Notes: a model not told the origin generated them from the sequence alone. DNA of 64,000 nt from Candidatus Latescibacterota bacterium (GCA_965226795.1 CBDDDZ010000005.1:832001-896000), one strand, 5' to 3'; shown: positions 39,008 through 49,165, numbered from the stretch's first letter. Made by a program: numbers and translations.

Positions 39008-40768
39008 ATGTTACGTCGCACTGTCCATGGCATTCTGCTCGCTACCTTTGTGTTGCTTCTGGCGGTTTCCGTCGTCCGCAAATACGGTCTGTGGCCACCG
39101 AACGACAAAAAAGTGGCACACTATGGCTTTGCGCTCGAGGAAGTTGCCAGTACAAGCGGCATCGATTTCGTGCACGGCGGACCCACGCTCGATGTGAAGT
39201 TGAACCATATAATGCCACACGTCGCCGCGATGGGCGCGGCGGTGTCGGTGGCGGATTTCGACAGGGACGGCTGGCAGGATCTTTACGTGACCAACAGCGC
39301 GGAGGGTTCTGCGAATCGGCTGTACCGAAATCTCGGAAACGGACTGTTCGAAGACGTGGCTGAACGGATGGGAGTGGCGAATCTGAATCGCCCCGGGACA
39401 GGAATCTCCGTCGGCGCGGTCTGGGGGGACTACGACAACGACGGCTTCGAAGATCTTTTCGTGTACAAATGGGGTCGGCCGGAGTTGTTTCGCAACGAGG
39501 CCGGGCAGAGGTTCGCCCGGGTGAGCGAGGAGGCGGGGATGCCCCGTTGGATCAACGCGGGGAGCGCGATATGGCTGGACTACGATTGCGACGGGCGACT
39601 GGATCTGTTTGTGGCGGGTTACTGGCCGGATGGGCTGGATCTGTGGCGCCTGGAATCCACCCGCATGATGCCGGAGAGTTTCGAATATGCCGAGAACGGC
39701 GGTCGGAAGTACCTGTTGCGCAATAGGGGCGACGGGCGGTTCGAGGACGTTGCGGAACGGCTCGGCATTCGAAGCCGGCGCTGGACCCTTGCCGTGGCGG
39801 CAGCGGATCTGAACCGTTCCGGTTATCCGGATCTATTCCTGGCCAACGACTATGGCGTATCGGAACTTTACCGGAACCAGGGCGGCACGGCATTTGAAGA
39901 AATCGGGCGCCAGGCGGGCGTCGGATACCAGCCGAAAAGCGGAATGAACGCGGTATTCGGCGATGTGTTGAATCAGGGCCGACTGGCGATTTACGAGACC
40001 AATATTTCGGAGGCGGGGATACTGCTTCAGGGGAACAACCTCTGGGTCGCCCGCCCAGGCGAAGACCTGGCGTTCGAAAACCTCGCGCAGGTGATGGGCG
40101 TGGAACTGGGCGATTGGAGCTTCGGCGCGCAGTTCGGAGATCTCAACAACGACGGGCGGCTTGATCTGTACCTGACAAACGGGTATGTGTCCGCCTCGGA
40201 GTCGGAGAGCTACTGGTACGATTTCTCACAGGTTGCCGGCGGACACAGGGCGATTATTTCGGACGCGAAGAACTGGCCGGCGATGAAGGGACGCAGCCTC
40301 GCCGGCTATCAGAGAGCACGTGTGTGGGTGAACGACGGGATGGGGCGGTTTGAAGACGTGGCTCGTGAGGTTGGCGTACACGACCGGTTTGATGGGCGCG
40401 CGGTTGCTCTTGTGGATCTGTGGAACCGTGGGGTGCTGGACGTTGTTGTGGCCAATCAGCGCGGGCCGCTTCTGGTATACAGAAACACGGTGGCTCCGGA
40501 TAGACGGTGGATCGGGTTCGAACTGGCGGGCGGGAAGAGCAATCGCAGTGCGATCGGGGCGCAGGTAAGGCTGTTCTGGAACGGACAGGAGCAGATGCAG
40601 GAAGTGTCGGGAGGCAGCGGCTTCTCGTCGCAGAATCAGAGACGATTGCATTTCGGGCTCGGCGTCCGTCCAGTGCTGGAAAAGGTGGTTGTGACCTGGC
40701 CTTCGGGACGGAGCCGGACAATGGAAAACGTGGCGTTGAATGTGTACCACCGCGTTGTAGAACCGTAG
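39008..40768 (+). CDS. CRTAC1/ASPIC-UnbV family FG-GAP protein
   Basis: 'DFDRDGWQDL', 'GDYDNDG', 'SNRSAIGA' and 'GSGFSSQNQRRLHFGLG'. Confidence 0.9.
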   Translation: MLRRTVHGILLATFVLLLAVSVVRKYGLWPPNDKKVAHYGFALEEVASTSGIDFVHGGPTLDVKLNHIMPHVAAMGAAVSVADFDRDGWQDLYVTNSAEGSANRLYRNLGNGLFEDVAERMGVANLNRPGTGISVGAVWGDYDNDGFEDLFVYKWGRPELFRNEAGQRFARVSEEAGMPRWINAGSAIWLDYDCDGRLDLFVAGYWPDGLDLWRLESTRMMPESFEYAENGGRKYLLRNRGDGRFEDVAERLGIRSRRWTLAVAAADLNRSGYPDLFLANDYGVSELYRNQGGTAFEEIGRQAGVGYQPKSGMNAVFGDVLNQGRLAIYETNISEAGILLQGNNLWVARPGEDLAFENLAQVMGVELGDWSFGAQFGDLNNDGRLDLYLTNGYVSASESESYWYDFSQVAGGHRAIISDAKNWPAMKGRSLAGYQRARVWVNDGMGRFEDVAREVGVHDRFDGRAVALVDLWNRGVLDVVVANQRGPLLVYRNTVAPDRRWIGFELAGGKSNRSAIGAQVRLFWNGQEQMQEVSGGSGFSSQNQRRLHFGLGVRPVLEKVVVTWPSGRSRTMENVALNVYHRVVEP

Positions 40769-40776
40769 GGGAACAA

Positions 40777-42747
40777 TTACCCGCCGGCACGATCGTCGGG
40801 GTTCTTGCCAAACACGAGCAGTATCGCCGGGATCACCGAAAGGCCGATGAGCAGCCCGCACCAAACCGGATAGTAAAGGGTCGTGCCGACGTACCCCGCG
40901 AGTGCGGCGATGCCCATTGTGGTCAGGGCGTACGGGAGTTGCGTCCTCACGTGGTCCAGATGGTCGCAGGAGGTGGCAAGGCTGGACATGACTGTCGTGT
41001 CGCTTATCGGCGAGCAATGATCCCCGAAAATTGCGCCGTCCAGTACGGCGGCGGCGGCGAGAATGGTGAGTGGGAGTCCGCCCAGGCTGTGCGCAAGGGG
41101 AACCGCGGTGGGGATGAGGATCGCCATGGTTGTCCACGACGTACCGATGGCGAAGGCGACCGAAGCCGCCAGGAGGAAGATGAGCAGAGGCAGCAGGCCG
41201 GGAACCACGACGGGCGATAGTGCCGCCGCCAGATAGGTGGATGTGCCAATGTCCTTGCAGACAGCCTGAATGGCCCAGGCCATGATGAGGATGGCAATGG
41301 CATAATAGATCCCCGTGATTCCCTGCGCCCAGGTCTTTATCGCCACAAACGGTTGGATCAGCGCGGATCCGTTGGCAGGATGGTGCCGGGTGACGGCAAT
41401 TAGCAATGCGATTGTGGAGCCCAGCATGGCGGATAGGAATAGCACCCGCGCGTTGTTGGCATTGGAGAAACACGCTGTCCAATACGAGAAGCTGAACAGT
41501 GAGCTTCCCAGACGGATCGGCCGGACTTCGGGATCGTTCCATGTATCCGCGGCCATGCCGGCGATCACGGCAACGACGACGATCAGAACCGGTACGGCTG
41601 CCACCCACCAGGCGGGTTGAACGCCGCTGGCCGGCAGGACCTCCCTGATCCGGCGCCCTGCCAGCGGAGTAGCGCCCGACCGAAGCACCCGTCCCGTTGT
41701 CCCGGCCCGGCGCTCCGCGCGGTACATGGGTCCATAATCCCGTTGGAGCCACGCCGAAGCGGCGACGAACACAAGCGTAAAGAGGCAGTAGAATCGAGCG
41801 GGCAGCGCGTAGAAGAAGAGCTGATAGCCGGATACGCCGGTGCCGAGATCCCGCATGAGGTCACCAAAGAGCCCGACTTCGAATCCGATCCAGGTACTGA
41901 TGACAGCGACGCCCGCAACCGGGGCGGCGGTGGAATCAACAATGTACGCGAGTTTCTCGCGGGAAATGCGGAACCGATCGGCCATAGGCCGTAGCGTGGT
42001 ACCGACCACGATCGTGTTGGCGTAGTCATCGAAGAAAATCGCCAGTCCCATAAGAAATGCGGCCACCCGCGTGGATCTGGCGCTTTCGGCGCGGGAGGAA
42101 AGAAGCGTTGCAATGCCCTGGTTTCCCCCGGCAAGCGAGGTTATCCGTACCATGCCGATCAGGGCCGCCGTAAAGCCGAGAATATAGAGCTGAAAGGACG
42201 ATATCAGGGGGGTCCAGACGTAGTTCACCGCTGCTCGTTCGAGGGCGGCGAACGGGAGCTCGTATAGTGGGGCTCCGCCAACGGTGAGCAGGCCCCCGGA
42301 AAGTACGGCCAGGCCCAGACCCAGGAGCAGGCGACCACTGAGCACGGCAACGAGTATCGCCGCAATCGGGGGAAAAACGCTCCAGCCGTCAATCGGTCTA
42401 AGGAGGGCCTGTTGTTGTGCGTTGGATGTCGAGGCGGTCAGGATAAGTTCGCCCGATGCTTCCGCGCAGATAAACGTGATTTCAGGAGCGCCGGCTGCGG
42501 GCTTCTTTCGCTGCTGCCTCGCTTGTTTAAAACCAGGTTCGCAACGCGAATCCGAGGTTTCGGCAAGGATCCAGACGCCGTCGCCCAGCGTCTTCGCCAG
42601 CCTGGGCAATTCGGTCACGATCTGCTGGCGTACAACGCGGTCCCGGTTCTTCGGCAACACTGTCGCGAAAAGAGCCGCTAGCGTTAGCGCAAAAAGAATG
42701 CGTACAAACGGATACCTGCTGTTTTTTTTCTTCTCGTGCTGATCCAT
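40777..42747 (-). CDS. NhaC-family Na+/H+ antiporter-like transporter
   Basis: 'IFFDDYAN', 'SREKLAYIVDSTAAP', 'GTSW' and 'GAIFGDHCSPISDTT'. ATG at 42747 chosen. Confidence 0.9.
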   Translation of the reverse strand: MDQHEKKKNSRYPFVRILFALTLAALFATVLPKNRDRVVRQQIVTELPRLAKTLGDGVWILAETSDSRCEPGFKQARQQRKKPAAGAPEITFICAEASGELILTASTSNAQQQALLRPIDGWSVFPPIAAILVAVLSGRLLLGLGLAVLSGGLLTVGGAPLYELPFAALERAAVNYVWTPLISSFQLYILGFTAALIGMVRITSLAGGNQGIATLLSSRAESARSTRVAAFLMGLAIFFDDYANTIVVGTTLRPMADRFRISREKLAYIVDSTAAPVAGVAVISTWIGFEVGLFGDLMRDLGTGVSGYQLFFYALPARFYCLFTLVFVAASAWLQRDYGPMYRAERRAGTTGRVLRSGATPLAGRRIREVLPASGVQPAWWVAAVPVLIVVVAVIAGMAADTWNDPEVRPIRLGSSLFSFSYWTACFSNANNARVLFLSAMLGSTIALLIAVTRHHPANGSALIQPFVAIKTWAQGITGIYYAIAILIMAWAIQAVCKDIGTSTYLAAALSPVVVPGLLPLLIFLLAASVAFAIGTSWTTMAILIPTAVPLAHSLGGLPLTILAAAAVLDGAIFGDHCSPISDTTVMSSLATSCDHLDHVRTQLPYALTTMGIAALAGYVGTTLYYPVWCGLLIGLSVIPAILLVFGKNPDDRAGG

Positions 42748-43059
42748 GAACAGTGCTTTCCAATCGCCTGTATCAATGAAAAAAGCCAATAGCTGCGATA
42801 ATGCGTGCCTGGTCAGATCGTTGGACTCGTACGAAAAAACGTTTCCATTCGGACGATAGAATCCTATCTTATTGGGCCGCGAACAACGCCGGACGGGGAT
42901 AGGCATGCCGGCGCCGAAAACCTCGCGCGATGCACGAGTCGCGGCGAAAGCGCGCGGGACGTCAGTCCTTCGTTATAACGATACAACGGCTTTCGCATCC
43001 GGCAAGCAGGGACAATCCGGGGAGGTGTCGTCGCCAACCCGGGGTATCGAAAGTGGACC

Positions 43060-43854
43060 ATGCTGCATCGCACCAAAGAACGCACCTACGAAATTCTGGA
43101 CAAGGCGCAGTCGGGAGACTGGACGAGTCGACTGATCGACCTGTTCATCATGGGGTTGATTATCCTGAACGTCATGGCTGTCATTCTGGAGACAGTCGAG
43201 GCCGTTCAGGCGTCGTACGGGTGGCTTTTTGAGGCGTTTGACGCCTTTTCCGTTAGCGTGTTTACTGTCGAATACCTGATGCGCCTGTGGTCGTGTACCG
43301 CCGATGAAAAGTATACCCGCCCAATTCGGGGTCGATTGCGTTATTTCCTGACGCCCCTGGCGGTGGTGGATCTGATTGCGATCCTTCCATTTTATCTGCC
43401 TTTGGTCACGACTGTCGACCTGCGCGTGTTGCGCGCCATGCGGTTGTTGCGGTTGTTCAAACTGGGACGGTATTCCACCTCCTTGCAGACGCTCGGTAAT
43501 GTGTTACGGAAGCATAGCGGCGAGTTGCTGGTCACCCTTTTCGTCCTGCTGATCATGCTGGTGATCGCGTCGACGCTGATGTATTTTGCCGAACACAACG
43601 CCCAGCCTGAGGACTTCTCCAGCATCCCGTCGGCCATGTGGTGGGGCATCGTTACACTCACGACGGTGGGATACGGTGATACGTACCCGGTAACCGGTGT
43701 CGGAAAGGTACTGGGTGCGGTGATCGCGCTTCTTGGGATCGGGATGTTCGCCCTGCCGGCCGGCATCCTGGGTTCTGGTTTCGCCGAGGAGATCGACCGG
43801 CGGAAAAAGGCTGGCGGCGTTTGTCCACACTGTGGGCGCGAAATGGAATCGTGA
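43060..43854 (+). CDS. Voltage-gated potassium channel (6TM)
   Basis: S4 'LRVLRAMRLLRLFKLGR', selectivity filter 'TTVGYGD', C-terminal CPHCG. Confidence 0.95.
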   Translation: MLHRTKERTYEILDKAQSGDWTSRLIDLFIMGLIILNVMAVILETVEAVQASYGWLFEAFDAFSVSVFTVEYLMRLWSCTADEKYTRPIRGRLRYFLTPLAVVDLIAILPFYLPLVTTVDLRVLRAMRLLRLFKLGRYSTSLQTLGNVLRKHSGELLVTLFVLLIMLVIASTLMYFAEHNAQPEDFSSIPSAMWWGIVTLTTVGYGDTYPVTGVGKVLGAVIALLGIGMFALPAGILGSGFAEEIDRRKKAGGVCPHCGREMES

Positions 43855-43895
43855 ACCTGTAGTAGTACGGGGGAATTAGCAAAGGAGCGACCAGG

Positions 43896-44693
43896 ATGGA
43901 GACGACTGTTGGATGTACGACGCGGCCTTACGGCCAACTGAGTTACAGCGAAGCGTATAGCCGGATTGCGGAAGCCGGCTACTCGGATGTGGCGGTTTTC
44001 GCCAATGAAGGCCGGGTGCCGGTAGGTCCGGAGAGTTCTCCGGCGGAGGTTGCGGCCGTGCGGCAGGCAGCGGATGCCGCCGGTGTGGTTCCTTCGATGC
44101 TCATTGGGGGCACCCGGTTGGGCGGGGGCCTGTCGCCGGCGGTGGACGACTACAAGCGACTGATCGACAATGCGGCGGCGCTGGGCGCTACCTGGTTGTT
44201 GGATTGCGGCACCAGCAACGATGCCCACTTCGATGACTATTTCGAGTTGATGCGGCAGGCCGCGCCCCATGCGGATCAGGTCGGCGTGAAGATAACCATG
44301 AAACCCCACGGGGGTATCAGTCTCACGGTTTCCCACCTCCTCGGGGCCCACACAACCGTGAACCACGCGGCGTTCGGCATCTGTTTCGATCCGGGAAATA
44401 TTATCTATTATTCCAAGGGTGACCTGCGGCCCGAGACAGACGTCTCGGAAGTTGCGCCGGTGGTGACGACGGGGATTATCAAGGATTGTACGGTTATCGA
44501 CGGTGTACCGGATGTAATGGTGACGCCAAGCGACGGTCTTGTGGATTTCCATTCGGTGTTGTCCGGGCTGGTCGGCGGCGGGTTCGACGGACCGCTCTAC
44601 GTGGAATGCGTGGGAGGCAAGGAGCCGGATGAGGTGGATCGGGACGTGGCGTTTACACGCGGTTACGTCGAGGGAATACTGACCGGGCTTTAG
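43896..44693 (+). CDS. Sugar phosphate isomerase/epimerase TIM-barrel (AP_endonuc_2-like)
   Basis: 'KPHGG', 'CFDPGN', 'IKD', 'DGLVDF' and 'FDGPLYVE'; AAGGAG RBS. Confidence 0.82.
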   Translation: METTVGCTTRPYGQLSYSEAYSRIAEAGYSDVAVFANEGRVPVGPESSPAEVAAVRQAADAAGVVPSMLIGGTRLGGGLSPAVDDYKRLIDNAAALGATWLLDCGTSNDAHFDDYFELMRQAAPHADQVGVKITMKPHGGISLTVSHLLGAHTTVNHAAFGICFDPGNIIYYSKGDLRPETDVSEVAPVVTTGIIKDCTVIDGVPDVMVTPSDGLVDFHSVLSGLVGGGFDGPLYVECVGGKEPDEVDRDVAFTRGYVEGILTGL

Positions 44694-44737
44694 TCTTCGC
44701 TCACTGCGTCGGATGCGGGTTAAACGCTTACGGTCGG

Positions 44738-45121
44738 TCAGGGAAGAACGGCCGTCACCTCGATTTCAACATGGGCCCCGGCAGGGAGGGCAACCACCTG
44801 CACGCAGCTCCGCCCGGGAGGGTCGTTCGGAAAATAGCTTGCATAGACGGTGTTCATTTCGGCGAATTCCGAAATGTCCGTCATGTAGACAACCGTGCGC
44901 ACCACGTGGTCCATCGTAGCGCCCGCGGCCTCCAGGATCGCCTTGATATTTTCCAGCGTCTGCCGGGTTTCCGCGGCAAGGCCTCCGCTGACAATTGCGC
45001 CGGTTCCGGGGTCGATTCCCTTTTCGCCCGCTACAAAGATCAAGTCGCCCGTTTTTATGGCCTGCGAATAGGGTCCCACGGGAAGAGCGGCCTTATCGGT
45101 GGTGATCACCTCTTTTTGCAT
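44738..45121 (-). CDS. ridA: RidA/YjgF enamine-imine deaminase
   Basis: 'GPYSQA', 'MNTVYASYF' and 'PPGRSCVQVVALP...VEIE' with the catalytic Arg. Confidence 0.92.
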   Translation of the reverse strand: MQKEVITTDKAALPVGPYSQAIKTGDLIFVAGEKGIDPGTGAIVSGGLAAETRQTLENIKAILEAAGATMDHVVRTVVYMTDISEFAEMNTVYASYFPNDPPGRSCVQVVALPAGAHVEIEVTAVLP

Positions 45122-45485
45122 AACGCGCAGTCTCCATTCTGAGTAGCGGGATGTATCGCGTAAGCGGCGATTAGCCGGTCGCGCGCCGCGGGTTGACGGC
45201 GGTCGGTGTTTTATATATCGGGGTTGTCTTTGATAATGTCAAGATCCGGAATTGTCAAGGAGAATTCCCCGGATGGCTCGCGCGGATAAATCCGATGTCC
45301 GGATTCATCGCGCCGGCTACACCGGATTCGTGTCCGACAAATGCGCTTTGTGCGGCCGAGAGATCGGCCATCAGCGTGTTTGCCGGGTCTGGGCTGGGGG
45401 GGGGGCGTAATTCGATATGTACAACGGTGTGGAGGAGGCCACGGCTGTTTTTGGCGGTCCCTGAGACGGAAGAGGGAATGCGAAA

Positions 45486-45911
45486 ATGAGTATCGGATAT
45501 CGAAGAGTCAAGCGGCTGGAACTGCCCAGTTGCGTGGAATCGCTCCATGAAGTCGTTGACGTCGCGGCACAGGTTACGGCCGAACTGGCGATGAGCGAGG
45601 ATGCCTGCGTCGAAGTCGCGATTGCGCTCACGGAAGCCGTTAACAATGCCATTTTCCACGGTAACGGGGGTGTGCGGGAAAGGTCGTTCACCGTCGAGTT
45701 TACGGTGGTGGACGGCATGTTGCACATCGCGGTCCGGGATCAGGGGCCCGGGTTCGACCCGGCGGAGGTTCCGGATCCTCTTGCCGAGGAGAACCTGTTG
45801 AAACCCTCCGGCCGCGGCTTGCTGATGATGCGCGCCATGGTGGACGACGTCCAACACCACTTTTGCGCGGCCGGTACGAGAGTAATCCTTAGCAAACGCA
45901 TTGCATCCTGA
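45486..45911 (+). CDS. RsbW-like anti-sigma factor/Ser kinase (HATPase_c_2)
   Basis: 'EAVNNAIFHGN', 'DQGPGFD' and 'GRGL..M'. Confidence 0.9.
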   Translation: MSIGYRRVKRLELPSCVESLHEVVDVAAQVTAELAMSEDACVEVAIALTEAVNNAIFHGNGGVRERSFTVEFTVVDGMLHIAVRDQGPGFDPAEVPDPLAEENLLKPSGRGLLMMRAMVDDVQHHFCAAGTRVILSKRIAS

Positions 45912-45928
45912 ACAATGGAGGTCGCGCC

Positions 45929-47002
45929 ATGCGTATCGAGCGCATTGAGACGATTTCGCTCACCTGTTTCTGGGGGCCGTCCGAGAGGGGAGTCAAACGG
46001 ACCTGGCCCCTCCATCTTGTCCGGGCGGATAACGGGCTCGTGGGCATTGGCAGGGGTGGAAGCGCTGATATGATCGAGCGTGAATTCGCGCCGCTGCTTG
46101 TGGGTGAAGATCCCCGCCGGCCGGCCCATCTCTGGCAGCGGATGTATGATCTTGCATGGCGTTTTCGCGGTCCCGGCCGGGCCGCAATGGGGACAATCGG
46201 CGCCCTGGACGTGGCGCTTTGGGACTTGTATGGAAAGGCGTGCGGCGAGCCGGTCTGGCGCCTGTTGGGCGGGTACAGGAACCGGGTGACCGCGTATGCG
46301 GACGGAATCGGCTATGAACATCAAAACGCAGAGGATGTCGCCGCCCTCGTCAGAAAACACGCGGACCTGGGATTCAAGGCCGTGAAGTTCCATCTATCGA
46401 ATGACGATCGCGAACTCGCATTCGACAAAGTGAGATTGTCACGCGAGGCATTGGGCGAGAGTCCGAGGTTGATGATCGACATACACAGGATGTGGGAAGG
46501 TAAAACGGCTGCGGCGATGGCGCGCCGGTTTGAGCCTTACAACCTGTTCTGGATTGAAGAACCCGTGCGTGGCGACGACGAAGCGGCGCATATGAGGATG
46601 GTGCGTGAGGCGACGCAGGCGCTGGTTGCCGGCGGCGAGAGCGAGGGCACGCTGTATGGCATTCGCCATTTGATCGCCGATGGCGGGCTGCAGGTGGTCC
46701 AGTCGGACATTATTGGAGGCGGGGGGTTTACGGGTCTGATGCGGATGGCTGCGCTGGCCGAGGCGCACCACATCTACGTTGCGCCGCACGGGGCTTCCTT
46801 TCCCGAAATCAACTGTCACCTGGTTGCCGCCGTGCCCAACGGGTTGATGGTGTCCGCCTGCCCGCATACCGAGCCGTATCAGATCTGGTCGGACCTCTAC
46901 GATCCCCCGTTCCAGATCGTGGATGGCGAGATTCACATGGGTGACGAACCCGGCCTCGGACTGACGCTCAACGAAGACTTCATCGCGGCCCATCGCGCGT
47001 GA
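45929..47002 (+). CDS. Mandelate racemase/muconate lactonizing enzyme family (enolase superfamily)
   Basis: 'ALDVALWDLYGK', 'PVWRLLGG', 'WIEEP', 'GESE' and 'PGLG'. Confidence 0.92.
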   Translation: MRIERIETISLTCFWGPSERGVKRTWPLHLVRADNGLVGIGRGGSADMIEREFAPLLVGEDPRRPAHLWQRMYDLAWRFRGPGRAAMGTIGALDVALWDLYGKACGEPVWRLLGGYRNRVTAYADGIGYEHQNAEDVAALVRKHADLGFKAVKFHLSNDDRELAFDKVRLSREALGESPRLMIDIHRMWEGKTAAAMARRFEPYNLFWIEEPVRGDDEAAHMRMVREATQALVAGGESEGTLYGIRHLIADGGLQVVQSDIIGGGGFTGLMRMAALAEAHHIYVAPHGASFPEINCHLVAAVPNGLMVSACPHTEPYQIWSDLYDPPFQIVDGEIHMGDEPGLGLTLNEDFIAAHRA

Positions 47003-47016
47003 CGATAAGAACGAGA

Positions 47017-47115
47017 GTGCGTCTTCTCGCGGCGATCCACTACAACAGGCAGAGAGTTTACATTCGTGCAATACTTACGCATGAGGAATACGATAGCGGG
47101 AAATGGAAGGAATAA
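47017..47115 (+). pseudogene. HigB-type toxin C-terminal remnant
   Basis: Translates VRLLAAIHYNRQRVYIRAILTHEEYDSGKWKE*, the characteristic HigB C-terminus. The N-terminus is missing. Confidence 0.75.
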
Positions 47116-47118
47116 ACA

Positions 47119-47346
47119 ATTACAGCAGAAATACAAGCGGCTCAAGATGTTTGGCCCAGGCTGACACCTCTTGTATTCGTCCCTCACGCGGAAAGTGAAT
47201 ATCAACGGCTGGTGACTGTCCTGGACGATTTGATCGACATGGTAGGCGAGGATGATGATCATCCCCTGGCCTCGCTGATGGAGGTCATTGGCGTGCTGAT
47301 TGAGAAGTATGAAGATAAACACGTCCCAGAACTGATGGATGTATAG
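47119..47346 (+). pseudogene. HigA-type antitoxin N-terminal domain (no HTH, ATT at the expected start)
   Basis: 'ESEYQRLVTVLDDLIDMVGEDDDHPLASLMEVIGVLIEKYED' directly follows the HigB remnant. Confidence 0.65.
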
Positions 47347-47672
47347 CTGTTGGATGACGGCTTCGTTGGGAAACCGACGCTTCTGCGAAGCAACGGACGC
47401 GCAGTTCGCCGCCGTGCCCAACGGTTTGATGGTGTCCACCTGCCCGCGCACCGAGCAGTACCAAATCTGGTCGGATCTCGATGTTCCTCCATTCCGGATC
47501 GTGGAAGTTGAGAATCCCCTGAACGACCGCCGCGGCTTGGGACCGACGCTCAACGAGGACTTCATTGTCGCACATCGCGCCTGACGGAAGGAAACTTCAG
47601 GCGGTTGTTATCCAGAAACGTGCCTAAAGCTCCGTCCGGAACGTAAGACAATATCCCATTTCAGAGAGCACA

Positions 47673-48230
47673 ATGCCAAAACTCAATCTCAAACCCACAC
47701 ACAAGGCCGTCAAAGATTATTATAAGGCGCTCGAACAATTCGATAGGCTCGGTGTAGTGCATGAATCCGCAGTACGCTCGGCCTTCCAATATTTGCTCGC
47801 ATGGTGTGGGCGGAAGTTTAAATGGACGCTCGTCCCGGAATATTCCATTCCTCTCCACAAGAATAAATGGATCGTCGTCGACGGTGCACTAATTGATGAT
47901 TTCACTTTGGTACATGGCCATTGGGAAGCTAAGGATATCGGAGATGACCTCGAAAATGAGGTGAAAAGCAAGTTTCAGGACGGGTATCCCAGGGATAATA
48001 TCCTGTTTCAATCTCCAAAACGTGCAATACTCTGGCAGAACGGAACTCAAGTGCGTGATGTCGATCTGACCGACCCAACGTTACTGATCGATATCCTCCA
48101 GGCCTACTTTGCGTACCGTCCTCAAGAGATCGTCGATTGGGAAGAGGCGGTTGGACAGTTCAAGGACAAAGTCCCGGACATCGGGGGTGGGCTGTCGAAA
48201 TTAATCAAGGAGCAGCGAAACACGAACCGG
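47673..48230 (+). pseudogene. N-terminal nuclease fragment of a type ISP/IIG restriction-modification enzyme
   Basis: 'ESAVRSAF', 'VDGAL', 'GHWEAKD' (PD-(D/E)xK-like) and 'GYPRDNILFQ'. Plausible sequence ends near residue 185; no methyltransferase motifs; lower GC. Confidence 0.7.
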
Positions 48231-48249
48231 TTGTTGGAAGTGGACCCCA

Positions 48250-48484
48250 TCGTCAAGACCAATTTGAGCAACTTCCAGAATCCGTGCAAAGGGTTGCAAC
48301 ACGCAATTTTCGCCTTCTCAAATCAAATCCAAGACATCCGTCTCTCCGATTCCGTAAAGTCGGACGGTTTTGGTCGGTCCGCACGGGTCTTTCTCACCGA
48401 GCGCTTGCAATCGAAGATGGCGGAGACTTCATCTGGATTTAGATTAGTAGCCACGCCGAATATGTACGGCTGGTGGGGGCTTGA
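48250..48484 (+). pseudogene. RelE/ParE-like toxin remnant with internal TAG
   Basis: 'FEQLPESVQRVATRNFRLLKSNPRHPSLRFRKVGRFWSVRTGLSHRALA...FIWI*ISSHAEY'. TAG at 48440 sits where a Trp is expected; no start codon. Confidence 0.7.
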
Positions 48485-48598
48485 GCCGAATCCGGACAGA
48501 TTAGTAGCCCACCGCCGCATGTTGGACCCTGGATTGAAGATCCCATATTTGCCGTTACAGCCCTGCCATAATTCCGAATTTTCTGGAGTCAACGCGCC

Positions 48599-49165
48599 AT
48601 GAGCAGACCGGGCCAGTTGGAACGCGCCGAAATGAACGAGGAGCAGGCCCGCATCTACGACGCCATCATGGAATCCAGAGGCAGCATCGCCGGGCCGTTC
48701 GGGATCTGGCTGCACAGCCCGGAGTTGGCCGACCGCGCACAGAGTCTGGGAGAATTCGTCCGCTACCGCACCAGTCTCCCGCCCAGGCTCAGTGAACTGG
48801 CGATCCTCGTTACGGCGCGATTCTGGGATTGTCAGGTGGAGTGGTCCCTGCACGAAGGGTTCGCGATCGAAAGCGGGTTGAGCGAGGATATCATCGACGC
48901 GGTCCGTCACGGACGGGATCCCGATTTCGTTCACGACGACGAACGCGCCGTTTTCGACTACGTCAACGAATTGCTCCACAACCGCTTTGTTCCGCATGGC
49001 GTATTCGACGCGGCTCAGGAAGCGTTGGGCCAGACCGGCATTGTGGAACTGACGGGTATCGCCGGTTATTACAGCCTGGTGGCACAGACACTGAATGCGT
49101 TTCAGGTCCCCGTTCCCGCGGGTTGGGCGCCGACGCTTGTGGACTGCCCCACCTTCGAATCCTAG
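48599..49165 (+). CDS. Carboxymuconolactone decarboxylase/AhpD-like protein
   Basis: 'GPFGIWLHSPELA', 'ELAILVTAR', 'EWSLH' and 'IAGYYS'. Confidence 0.88.
   Translation: MSRPGQLERAEMNEEQARIYDAIMESRGSIAGPFGIWLHSPELADRAQSLGEFVRYRTSLPPRLSELAILVTARFWDCQVEWSLHEGFAIESGLSEDIIDAVRHGRDPDFVHDDERAVFDYVNELLHNRFVPHGVFDAAQEALGQTGIVELTGIAGYYSLVAQTLNAFQVPVPAGWAPTLVDCPTFES

Larger units (their letters stand above)
46826..47584 (+). repeat. Diverged 177-bp direct repeat of the enolase gene 3' end (46826-47002 and 47408-47584)
   Basis: Hand alignment without gaps gave 36 mismatches in 177 nt (about 80% identity); both copies end at TGA. Confidence 0.9.

Noticed and set aside
45190..45260. Promoters between ridA and the rsbW-like gene
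   Set aside because: Several TTGAC hexamers are present but none has a well-spaced -10 box.
46826..47584. Template/variable repeat pair of a diversity-generating retroelement
   Set aside because: Mismatches are not adenine-specific in either copy (many C/T, G/T and G/C changes, often at third positions), and no reverse transcriptase is present.
48230..48602. C-terminal 120 aa of the 309-aa ORF as genuine protein
   Set aside because: It is read-through across a toxin remnant that is encoded in another frame.
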